This document shows positions 55,728 through 64,000 of a stretch of 64,000 nucleotides of DNA, in pieces. The DNA is from Acidimicrobiales bacterium (GTDB taxonomy: Bacteria; Actinomycetota; Acidimicrobiia; Acidimicrobiales; Aldehydirespiratoraceae): positions 1,679 through 65,678 of the forward strand of contig JAQWLJ010000032.1 of the NCBI GenBank assembly GCA_029247365.1, given 5' to 3'. The first letter of the stretch is position 1. Each line of letters starts with the position of its first letter. The position numbers and the translations under genes are program-made. A model generated the notes under the pieces. It made no database searches, was not told the DNA's origin, and worked only from the letters and a program-made list of their open reading frames with translations.

Positions 55728-57410
55728 TCAGACGAGCGGATTGAATCGGGCCTCGATGTCAGCAGCCCCACCGGCAAGGCCTGCGGGGCTGCCATCGGCC
55801 CGCCAGCACGCGGCACCCGTCATGAGGCCGGTATCGAGGTCGACCTGCACTCCGTTCATACCCCCGGCGACGTTTGGCACCATCGTGATGTCATGACCAA
55901 GTGCGGCGAGCGAGCCGCGAAGCAACGGCGCAAAACCGGCCTCGAGTTCAACCGTCTGGCCCTGGGTCCAAAGCCGGGGGGCCTCGACGGCCTCCTGCAG
56001 CGACATGCCGTGATCGATCACGTTGAGCAATGCCTGAAAGACCGCAGGAAAAATGCGCACCCCACCCGGAGTTCCGAGGCCAAGCCACGGACGGCCGTCA
56101 CAACGCACGATCACGGGTGCTGTGCTGCTGACAACGCGCTTGTGCGGTGCCACCGAATTGGGGTGACCAGGGTGCGGGTCGAACATCGCCTGGGTGTTGT
56201 TGAGCAGGAGTCCAGTGCCCGGCACCATCACCTTCGACCCGAACAGCTCGTTGATGGTCTGGGTCATCGACACAATATTGCCGTCGGCGTCAGCGGTTGT
56301 GAGGTGCGTTGTGTGCGCGGATCCCGCGTCGAGTGCGCCGGCCTGGGCCGTCGAAGCTCGCTGCGGATCGATGTCGACGCGTCGGTTGACGGCATATTCC
56401 TTCGAGGTCATCCAGTCGAGCGGGATGTCAACTGTCGACGGATCGCCAAGGTAGGCGAACCGATCCGCAAACGCGATCTTGAGCACCTCGACGAGGAGGT
56501 GGCTCGTCTCAACGGTGCCGAAACCCATGTTCTTGATGTCGTAGCCCTCGAGAATGTTCAGCATCTCGATGATCAGGGTGATGCCGCTGTTCCCCGGCGG
56601 TGGACCGGTGATCTCGTACCCTCGATAGGTGCCTCGCACCGGGTCGGTGTTGCGGGTGCGGTAGGCCAACAGGTCATCCATAGTGATAAGCCCGCCATTG
56701 GCCGCCATATCGTCGACGATCGCTCGGCCGAGCTCACCGCCATACACCGCACCGGACCGCTCGGTTGCGATCAGTTCGAGTGAGGCGGCGGCGTCGGACT
56801 GGACGATCAGATCACCGGGCTGGACGGTGTGCCCGCCTGGTTGAAAGATCGCCGCTGTCGCGTCGAAGCGGGCGATGTCGTCGGCGTTGTCTGCGGCGAG
56901 ACGGCTCAGGTATTCGCTGCACTGGAAGCCAGACCTCGCATGGCGAATCGACGGCGACAGAATCGCTTCCCACGAGAGGCGGCCGAAGCGCTCGTGGACC
57001 TCGTCCCACGCCTTGAGGTTGCCGGGGACGCCGACGGCGAGGTGGCCAACCTGGTTGGCCCGACCCTCGGTCAGGAGATAGTCCGGCCACTCGTCGGAGA
57101 TGGGCCAGTACATCTCGGGTGTCGCCGCGCTCGGTGCCAGCGTGTAGTTGTCGACGCAGTTCGACGTGCCGTCGGCCATGGCGATGTTGATATAGCCGCC
57201 GCCGAGCGGTCCGACCATCATCGGCTCGACAACGCTCAGCGCGAAGATCGCGGCGATGGCGGCGTCGATCGCGTTTCCCCCCATCGCTAGCATCTCGAGC
57301 CCTGCCGCGGAACCGAGCGGGTGGTTGGCCGAGACCATGCCCTGCGACCCTGTCGCAGGCTGCTTGGAGGTTTGGAAGGTCGTTCCGGCTCGGGTTCGCC
57401 AATCGCTCAT
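55728..57410 (-). CDS. ggt: Gamma-glutamyltransferase (no signal peptide)
   Basis: GGNAIDAA, VGVPG, AFADR, nucleophile HTTH, TQTIN..FGS, LLNN, GTPGG. Confidence 0.92.
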   Translation of the reverse strand: MSDWRTRAGTTFQTSKQPATGSQGMVSANHPLGSAAGLEMLAMGGNAIDAAIAAIFALSVVEPMMVGPLGGGYINIAMADGTSNCVDNYTLAPSAATPEMYWPISDEWPDYLLTEGRANQVGHLAVGVPGNLKAWDEVHERFGRLSWEAILSPSIRHARSGFQCSEYLSRLAADNADDIARFDATAAIFQPGGHTVQPGDLIVQSDAAASLELIATERSGAVYGGELGRAIVDDMAANGGLITMDDLLAYRTRNTDPVRGTYRGYEITGPPPGNSGITLIIEMLNILEGYDIKNMGFGTVETSHLLVEVLKIAFADRFAYLGDPSTVDIPLDWMTSKEYAVNRRVDIDPQRASTAQAGALDAGSAHTTHLTTADADGNIVSMTQTINELFGSKVMVPGTGLLLNNTQAMFDPHPGHPNSVAPHKRVVSSTAPVIVRCDGRPWLGLGTPGGVRIFPAVFQALLNVIDHGMSLQEAVEAPRLWTQGQTVELEAGFAPLLRGSLAALGHDITMVPNVAGGMNGVQVDLDTGLMTGAACWRADGSPAGLAGGAADIEARFNPLV

Positions 57411-57453
57411 CGCCCGACGTTAGCGAGGTACGTCTCGGCGCAAGTCAGAGTCC

Positions 57454-58551
57454 TCAGTTCGAGCAGTCGTCGAGTGCCTGATCGAAGCGGCGGAGACCCT
57501 CCGCAATATTGAACGGTTCTCCCCCGAACCCCAGTCGGAAGAAGCGGTTGTCGACGCCGAAATACTTTCCTGGGATCGTCATCGTGCCGTACTGCTCGAT
57601 CAATCGCTCGTAGAGCGCATCGGGGTCGTGAACTTGGTCGGCGAGACGGCCCAGGCCCACCACACCGGCGGTTGGCGCTACCCAATCGACCAAGTCCTGT
57701 CCATCGATCCACTCGGCCATGATTGCCTTGTTCGCCGTGACCCGGTCCTTGGCTGCCGAGAGGTACCGGTGCTTGTCACTCAACACGTGGAGCGCAATGC
57801 GTTCGCCGAGCGCAGTGTTCGTGATCGTGACGTACTCACGAACACACAGGACTCTTTCGATCAGTGAACGATTCTGAGTCGCCATCCAGCCGATGCGAAT
57901 GCCGGGCAACCCGTAGCACTTCGACATCGTGGACAAACTGACTGCACTCGGCGACAACGACGCAGCCGGCGGCAAGGCCGCCTCGAAGCCCATCTCGCGG
58001 TAGGTCTCATCCGAGAGCAGCACAATTCCCCTCTGTTCGCACAGCTCGACGATCTTGCGAAGGGTGTCCTCTGAGATCGTTGATCCGGTCGGGTTGTGCG
58101 GGTGGGTGATGCACAGCAGCCGAGTGTCGTCGGTCAGACTTGCAGCCAACCGCTCGACGTCTGGCACGAAACCTTCGTCATAGTCGAGGGGAAAGCGAAC
58201 CACCTCGCACCCAATGGTCTCGGGGATCTCGTACAACGACGGATAGTTCGGGTGTTCCACGACGATGCGGTCATTGGGTTCGAGAAGGCCGTTGTACAGA
58301 CCGAAAATGGCTTCGCTACCCCCGTTGGTCACGATCACGTCCTCGGCGGTTAGGCCTGGGTAGTCGGCCGCGATCACCTCCCGAAGCTCGGGACTGCCGG
58401 CGTGGTGCCCGTAGCGAAGAGCGACGTCATCCAGCGACACCGCAAGGTCGTTGAGGTGAGAGAACTGCACCGCGCTTTCGCAAAGTTCAATCTCTCGAAC
58501 GAACTGGTGCCGGTCGAACCAATCTTCGAGCTCCATACGAACGAATGTCAT
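57454..58551 (-). CDS. PLP-dependent aminotransferase class I/II-fold enzyme
   Basis: VTNGGSEA, PHNPTG, SDETY, PLP lysine STMSKCYGLPGIRIGW, FRLGFG. Confidence 0.88.
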   Translation of the reverse strand: MTFVRMELEDWFDRHQFVREIELCESAVQFSHLNDLAVSLDDVALRYGHHAGSPELREVIAADYPGLTAEDVIVTNGGSEAIFGLYNGLLEPNDRIVVEHPNYPSLYEIPETIGCEVVRFPLDYDEGFVPDVERLAASLTDDTRLLCITHPHNPTGSTISEDTLRKIVELCEQRGIVLLSDETYREMGFEAALPPAASLSPSAVSLSTMSKCYGLPGIRIGWMATQNRSLIERVLCVREYVTITNTALGERIALHVLSDKHRYLSAAKDRVTANKAIMAEWIDGQDLVDWVAPTAGVVGLGRLADQVHDPDALYERLIEQYGTMTIPGKYFGVDNRFFRLGFGGEPFNIAEGLRRFDQALDDCSN

Positions 58552-58568
58552 GTTCAGACTCCTGGCCG

Positions 58569-59669
58569 CTAGGCCTTTGCGATGGTCAAGTAAACGTGGA
58601 CGTAGTCCATGGCGTGACCCTCTGGGGCTTCGCGGACCATGGCTTCGTAGGTGCCGTAGAAGGCATCGATGATCCGGTCGCGTTCGGCGTCTGACCGGTT
58701 AGGGCTGAGACCGTTGCGGAACGTTGCTGCACTCCACGACCGCAGCGTCGGCACGTAGTCGGCCGCGAACCGGGCTGCGTCACCATGGGCCTGGAAGTCT
58801 GCGGCGTACGGGCACGGCACGACTCGGGTCTCACAGTGTTCGACGCTCAGCCCGGCCTTCCGTACCTCGCTGCTGGCGTCGTCGAGCGGAGCACGGAACT
58901 CGTCGACCGTCTTGTAGTACTGCGGCAGTGTCATCTCTTCGTACTCAGCTTCGGTGACAGTGCCATCGGCGACGAATCCTCGCCAGGTTTCGTTGAAGGT
59001 GTCGAACATGTTCACACCGCCGGTGTTGCCGAGGTAGCGACCTTCCTCGTCGACTCCGAAGTTCACCATCACGAGACGCCCGCCTGCCGCCAGCTCTCTC
59101 GCACGGCAGAGCAGGATCGCTTCCCAGTCCTGCGCCGCCTGCGCCTGGAACGCGACCAAGCTCTCGCCGCTTGCGCCAACCGCTTGGACGTGGTCGGGGA
59201 TGTCACAGGGCTTACGAGATAACCAGTGCATCGCGGTGGCGGAGAACCCGAGATCGAGCGCGCCGTTCGGAAGGATTGGCTCGTAGAACGAGGTTGCCGA
59301 TGCCAAGACCTGGACGTTGTCGAAGCGGTCGAGGTAGCTCGACTGGCCGGTGAGGCCATGCACCATTTGGAAGATCGCGTTGTAGTCGTTCCGAGGCTGG
59401 TCGGTGTAGACGATCTGCACGTCACGTTGGGGGAAACGGACACGGATCGCAGCGATCGCGTCGCCGATCATGCCGAGCGACGTTCCTCCATCGGCCGTCC
59501 CCATGTCGGAGAACGTGAAGGCGCTGCCCGCCCGGTCAGGAATCTGTTCGATCGCGTCGCGCACGAGTGGCCACGCACCATCGATGACATGTTTCGCGCC
59601 GAGCGTCGCCAACGAATAGGCCCCACCCCTCGTCATTGCCACATGTGTCTTGTCGTCTGATGACATCAC
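58569..59669 (-). CDS. SABATH-type (Methyltransf_7) SAM-dependent methyltransferase
   Basis: MTRGGAYS, DMGTADGGTS, YTDQPRNDYNAIF, SFYEPILP, FSATAMHWLS, QAAQDW..IL..RARELAAGG. Confidence 0.85.
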   Translation of the reverse strand: MMSSDDKTHVAMTRGGAYSLATLGAKHVIDGAWPLVRDAIEQIPDRAGSAFTFSDMGTADGGTSLGMIGDAIAAIRVRFPQRDVQIVYTDQPRNDYNAIFQMVHGLTGQSSYLDRFDNVQVLASATSFYEPILPNGALDLGFSATAMHWLSRKPCDIPDHVQAVGASGESLVAFQAQAAQDWEAILLCRARELAAGGRLVMVNFGVDEEGRYLGNTGGVNMFDTFNETWRGFVADGTVTEAEYEEMTLPQYYKTVDEFRAPLDDASSEVRKAGLSVEHCETRVVPCPYAADFQAHGDAARFAADYVPTLRSWSAATFRNGLSPNRSDAERDRIIDAFYGTYEAMVREAPEGHAMDYVHVYLTIAKA

Positions 59670-59675
59670 TCGCTC

Positions 59676-60641
59676 CTATGTGGGTTCAGAGATGTTGGCG
59701 ATCGGAAAGATACGGCGCCAAGCCTTGAGTTGGTACAACTCGCAGCTATCGGCATTGGGATCATCCACTGCGCCGTTCAGTATTGGTTTGATTGGAGCGT
59801 CCGGCCGGGCGTAGGAAAACAGCGGAATCGAGTAGCGGTCGGTTCCTGATCGGTTGATCACGCGGTGTGGAGTCGAGGAGAACTCTCCGTTGCTCCAGAT
59901 CTGCATCATGTTGCCTAGGTTGACGACGTACGTACCAGGTATTGGCGGTGCCTCGACCCATTCGCCACTCTTGCTCTCGATCTCCAGCCCGCCGTTCTCG
60001 TCTTGCCACAGAATGGTGAAGGAGCCCTCGTCGGAGTGGGGCACGACCCCAATATCGCTCACCGCAGTCGGATTGTCTTGAGGCGGGTAGTGATTGACCT
60101 TGAGCAGCTGAGTCACCGGATTGAGCAGGTTGGGGAGAAAGTCCGCTTCTTGGCCGAGCGCAAGCGAGAAGGCACGCGCCAATACATCGGCCAAGACATT
60201 GGCCGCTTCGTGGTATGCCTCCATGGCGTTTCGCAACGCCTCGCCGTTCTCGGGCCAGACGTTGGGGCCATCAAGTCTGTTCTGGGGGTTGAGCGGGCGA
60301 TCGGGACCCATCCAATACCCCTCTTGATTGCTCTGAGCAGCGTTGTCTTCGCCTTCGTACGAGCGGTAGCGCAATGGCAGGTAGCCTCGCATCCGTTCGT
60401 CCACCTGAACGGCCTTCTTCTCGTCCATCGGGCGGGCAAAGAACTCACGAGAGGCCGCAAGCACGTTGTCGATCAAGCCTCGGTCGACGCCGTGGTTTTT
60501 GATGTACAAGAAGCCGACATCGCGGCAAGCGGCGCGAAGGGCATCGATCGTTGCCGGATCAGCGTTGCCTGTTGCGAGCTCGCAGAGGTCAATTACCGGT
60601 ATCTCGGTGAAGTCGAGTCGGCGTGAGAGTGGAATGGCCAC
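59676..60641 (-). CDS. Isopenicillin N synthase-like Fe(II)/2-oxoglutarate dioxygenase
   Basis: IPVIDL, ACRDVGFLYIKNHGV, HSD, GGLEI, VVNLG, STPHRV, RYS. Confidence 0.9.
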   Translation of the reverse strand: MAIPLSRRLDFTEIPVIDLCELATGNADPATIDALRAACRDVGFLYIKNHGVDRGLIDNVLAASREFFARPMDEKKAVQVDERMRGYLPLRYRSYEGEDNAAQSNQEGYWMGPDRPLNPQNRLDGPNVWPENGEALRNAMEAYHEAANVLADVLARAFSLALGQEADFLPNLLNPVTQLLKVNHYPPQDNPTAVSDIGVVPHSDEGSFTILWQDENGGLEIESKSGEWVEAPPIPGTYVVNLGNMMQIWSNGEFSSTPHRVINRSGTDRYSIPLFSYARPDAPIKPILNGAVDDPNADSCELYQLKAWRRIFPIANISEPT

Positions 60642-60673
60642 GGCCGTTTCCTCCTCGTGGGTTTCTGTTCGTT

Positions 60674-61657
60674 TCAGGTGCGGTCTGCAGAGCGCTGGCG
60701 TTCGCGCATCGCTGCGTGAGCTTCCGGTGTGCCGTCGTGATAGGTGCCGAGCAGCTGGTCGATGGGCGTGAGTGTGTTGCCGTAGTTACAGTCGAAGTAC
60801 CGGTGATGCAGTTGGTGGAAGTAGTCGCCTGACAGAAACGACGGGCGCCTCCGCTCGACATCACCGAGCCACACGCGTTCGAATCCGGCGTGGGTGAGGG
60901 CGGGCGACAGCAGGTTCAAGAACAGCAGAGTAAGAACCAGGACCGGATGGCCGGGAACGAACCACAGCAGCATCGGCGAGCTCATGTACACGACGTGCTC
61001 GAGCGGGTGCATCGAGATCCCCGACCAGGGACCAGGGTTTGAGTTGCGGTGATGCACCGCGTGGGCCCAGTCGTAGAGCTTGCCGACATGAAGAAGCCGA
61101 TGCGTCAGAGAGAAATGGAGGTTCCCCCAGAGGAACACGATCGCCGTGAGGACGATCAGGTACAACCAGTTCCCGGCGAAGTCGTGGTAGGGGCTGTGGC
61201 CGTTGGCGAACATCCACCAGCCAACCGCCTCGAACGCTGTCGACATCGTGACGCCGCTCACGAACGTCCACATCACGTTGTCCCACAGCTGGTTGCTGAA
61301 CGTGAATCGCGCGCTCTCTCCCGGCCACCGCTCATTGAACTTGGTGACGAGCCCCTGCCCGCGACGGCAATACAGCCACCAATGCAGACCCCCAGCCAAG
61401 ATCGTGATGAGGGCGGCATTGCGCAGCCAGATGAAGGCGACCCAACCTGGCTCAAAGCTCTCCATTGATGACAGTTCAGGGGTTGCGTATCTCCAGCACA
61501 ACCACGCCGCCCCGAGCCACGTCGCACCGCCGGGCCAGAACTGCTTCCACCCAAAGAACCACAGCACGCCCAACGGCTGGGGCGGCCAGACGAAGATCGG
61601 GGCGGCGGGAATCGGTACAGCCGGTTCCCACTGCTGCGACTGTTTGGTTGATTCCAC
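60674..61657 (-). CDS. Sterol desaturase / fatty acid hydroxylase superfamily membrane diiron enzyme
   Basis: His boxes HFSLTHRLLH, HAVHH, HAG, FHQLHHRYFDCNYG. Probable start GTG 61657. Confidence 0.88.
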   Translation of the reverse strand: MESTKQSQQWEPAVPIPAAPIFVWPPQPLGVLWFFGWKQFWPGGATWLGAAWLCWRYATPELSSMESFEPGWVAFIWLRNAALITILAGGLHWWLYCRRGQGLVTKFNERWPGESARFTFSNQLWDNVMWTFVSGVTMSTAFEAVGWWMFANGHSPYHDFAGNWLYLIVLTAIVFLWGNLHFSLTHRLLHVGKLYDWAHAVHHRNSNPGPWSGISMHPLEHVVYMSSPMLLWFVPGHPVLVLTLLFLNLLSPALTHAGFERVWLGDVERRRPSFLSGDYFHQLHHRYFDCNYGNTLTPIDQLLGTYHDGTPEAHAAMRERQRSADRT

Positions 61658-61787
61658 GGTTTCGGACGGTCTCTCCGTTTGTCGGTAGCCGCATCCTGCG
61701 GTCCACCCCAAGTTCGGTCAAGTGACAAACGTCGGGTCCGCTTGCTAAGTTTTGTCACCTATCGATGGCGGTGAAGCGGAGAGCACC

Positions 61788-62654
61788 TTGAAGTTCGACA
61801 TCGATTCCCTCCGGACCCTTCAAACCGTCGTCGACACCGGCAGCGTGCAGTCCGCCGCCGACCAACTCTGCATTTCTCGATCAGCGGTCTCGTGGAAACT
61901 GAAACGGCTACAAGAACGAACCGGCTGCAAGCTCCTTGAAAAGGAGGGCCGCCGACTCTGCCTTACCGACGACGGCGAAGAGCTCCTCACCTACGGTCGC
62001 CAGATCATCGATATTCATGATGCAGCCGTCCAACGGTTTCGGCCCGTCGGCTCGTCCGAGGTTGTGCGGATCGGAGCCACTGAAGGAGCCGGGTCTGTTG
62101 CCATCCTCGACACGGTCGCACCCTGGTTCCGCCTAGAGCAGCCTGAGGTTGAGCTAACGATCAGAGTCGAACAGCCCGCCACCGTCGACGAGTGGCTCGC
62201 CGATGGACACATCGATTTGGCGGTGACTCTCGCACTGGATGAAGACGTGTCACCTGACGACGTCGTTCTCTTCAGCGAAGGCCTTGTCTGGGCCCACAGC
62301 CACGCACTCGACATCGCGGCGCTGACGTCGATACCGCTCATCACGTGGGGCTCCCGTTCGTTCTCTGCTCGAGTTGCGGGTCGAGAACTCACTGCAAACG
62401 GAATCGAACATCATGTGGGCTACGAACTTCCGTCGAGTAGTTCGGTGTGGTCTGCGATTGCGAACGGGGCAGGCGTGACCGTGGCAGACAAAGCGGAAAT
62501 CGCCCACCTCGATATCGCCACAACCGGGCCGCCGTTGCTGCCCGATCTGCCACATATCAACTACGTGCTTCGCAAGAATCCCGCAACTGCCGACGATCGT
62601 CCGGTGCGTCTTGCCGCCGACCAGATCAAGGCCTCGTTCGGGGCTGCCGCGTAG
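61788..62654 (+). CDS. LysR-family transcriptional regulator
   Basis: FDIDSLRTL..VVDTGS...AADQL..SRSAVS..LKRL HTH, LTDDGEEL. GGAGAG SD before TTG 61788. Confidence 0.92.
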   Translation: MKFDIDSLRTLQTVVDTGSVQSAADQLCISRSAVSWKLKRLQERTGCKLLEKEGRRLCLTDDGEELLTYGRQIIDIHDAAVQRFRPVGSSEVVRIGATEGAGSVAILDTVAPWFRLEQPEVELTIRVEQPATVDEWLADGHIDLAVTLALDEDVSPDDVVLFSEGLVWAHSHALDIAALTSIPLITWGSRSFSARVAGRELTANGIEHHVGYELPSSSSVWSAIANGAGVTVADKAEIAHLDIATTGPPLLPDLPHINYVLRKNPATADDRPVRLAADQIKASFGAAA

Positions 62655-62870
62655 AGGCACCAGGCAGCAAATGGAGGTTCACAACAGATGTCGCTGGGGG
62701 CGGGCTCACTGCGCTCGCAAAGTCAAGGCCGAGGCCTAGGCCTAGGTTCGCTTAATCAGGCAGACGGGTCAAAGGCGCACTTCACCAGCCATTTGCGCGT
62801 CCCCAACGCGCGGCTCGTTGAAATCTGTCACTGTGGAGATGAACATCCGCGCAAACCCAAAAGGAAAATC

Positions 62871-63278
62871 ATGCTTGGCGATCACCTCGGAACAATTCAG
62901 GGCCCTACCTCAATGAAAGCGATGCCAGCTATTGGAGGTATGCCCACGCTCGAAACGACAGCGTCAGGTCTCACCGGAATGCTCGCTGGCGCAGAGGTCA
63001 CCAGCTTCGCGACGTACAGCGCGACAATGCGGGCGGATGGCTCGTTCTATGGCGAATGCCCGAACGCTGGCGTCGTTATGACGGCCGACGGGGTTGCGAC
63101 ATTCCGCGCAACCGGCGCTGGAAATCCAACCGCAGACGGTGGATTCGTGTTCAAAGGCGTTGTGTATTTCGAGGCTCAGGCACCTTCGCTTGGATCTCTC
63201 AACGGCAAAGCTGTGGTTTACGATTGGATTGTTGATCCCGAAGGCAACGCCACTTGGGACCTTTGGGAATGGGCCTGA
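62871..63278 (+). CDS. Hypothetical protein (Gly-rich, beta-rich)
   Basis: AAGGA SD before ATG 62871, open frame with protein-like composition ending WEWA. Confidence 0.65.
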   Translation: MLGDHLGTIQGPTSMKAMPAIGGMPTLETTASGLTGMLAGAEVTSFATYSATMRADGSFYGECPNAGVVMTADGVATFRATGAGNPTADGGFVFKGVVYFEAQAPSLGSLNGKAVVYDWIVDPEGNATWDLWEWA

Positions 63279-63375
63279 ACGACAAGTACTCGCCGAGAGC
63301 TTCTGCAAATGACGCTGGAATGGCGCTCTGCAGGTCTGCTGGCTTGCCATTGGGCTGTGGGATAGGTTCGGCGTC

Positions 63376-63723
63376 ATGCGGCAGATAATGGTGTTTGGGG
63401 TTCTGGGTCTGGCACTGATGGGTTGTGGTGGCGACTCCGCTCCTGCGTGGGAGCAAGAGTGGAGGGACTTGGTTGTCCAAAGCGACCAGGTTTTCCAAGA
63501 TCAAGATGCCTTGAGCGCTCGTTGCCAGGTATTGAACGACGGGGGCTACGTCAGTTGGCGTGGTGGCATTCCGGTCGATCTCGAGAGCGGCTTGTCAGCT
63601 TGGGAGGAAGTCCTTCAAGAGAACGGTGTTGCGTACGTCGCTTTCGGCGATAACGAGAACTTCGACCAAGCGGCGGTACGGGTCGAGGAAATCTGGTTGG
63701 AGGAACTCGAGAAGGCCTGTTAA
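63376..63723 (+). CDS. Hypothetical lipoprotein
   Basis: MRQIMVFGVLGLALMGC signal with lipobox-like LMGC. Confidence 0.6.
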   Translation: MRQIMVFGVLGLALMGCGGDSAPAWEQEWRDLVVQSDQVFQDQDALSARCQVLNDGGYVSWRGGIPVDLESGLSAWEEVLQENGVAYVAFGDNENFDQAAVRVEEIWLEELEKAC

Positions 63724-64000
63724 GGGCTTTTGGCCGCTGGCCTCCAAAATCCCGCGACCCGCAGACAAGGGGTAGGGGTCAGTCGCCGTTGTTCTCCAGC
63801 GTTCAAAAGAACCAGAGCTTTTGGTGACCAGCCGCGAAAGCGCTAGCTCGCTGTCTATCTCGCTCGCCACCTATCGGAGACATTCGTGCCCGAGCTCAGC
63901 CGCCAACCGGGAACCATCACCCCGATGTCGTGTTCGAGAAAGATCCAAAGAGACCGATTCGGCCAGCACCAGTGCATGAAGCAACAGGCCACTCGTCCCA

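Noticed and set aside
63724-64000. Possible degraded - strand gene at the window end
   Set aside because: The frames are interrupted by stops and have no recognisable motif, so there is too little to call.

Overview
High-GC, gene-dense bacterial chromosomal window. It is most likely an actinobacterium, probably Acidimicrobiia; this is an inference from the F420-type LLM oxidoreductases, an SLH-domain hydrolase and pervasive leaderless TANNNT-N6-8-start promoters. About 55 CDSs are present, mostly catabolic or lipid-related. 0-8.5 kb: peptide/nickel-type ABC genes interleaved with LLM oxidoreductases. 8.5-38 kb: hydrolases, an ABC exporter pair, BVMO, CYP153-like P450, nth, a single-chain acyl-CoA carboxylase, a copA/MerR pair, thiolase and others. 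38.9-48.4 kb: a gmaS-mgsABC methylamine-assimilation locus extended by a Rieske oxygenase, a Rid protein and a PTER-like amidohydrolase, with a divergent-promoter palindrome, an XRE-cupin regulator and a plant-type FMO. 50.6-53.5 kb: a decaying zone around tadA with frameshifted genes and a cupin-DUF4326 fusion. 54.8-55.7 kb: a PRMT-like methyltransferase. 57.4-62.7 kb: a LysR-linked four-gene operon (sterol-desaturase-family protein, IPNS-type 2OG dioxygenase, SABATH methyltransferase, PLP class I enzyme). The two best candidates for undescribed systems are the extended methylamine locus and the SABATH operon. No rRNA, tRNA, CRISPR array or transposase was recognised. All family assignments come from motif recognition by eye, not from database searches.
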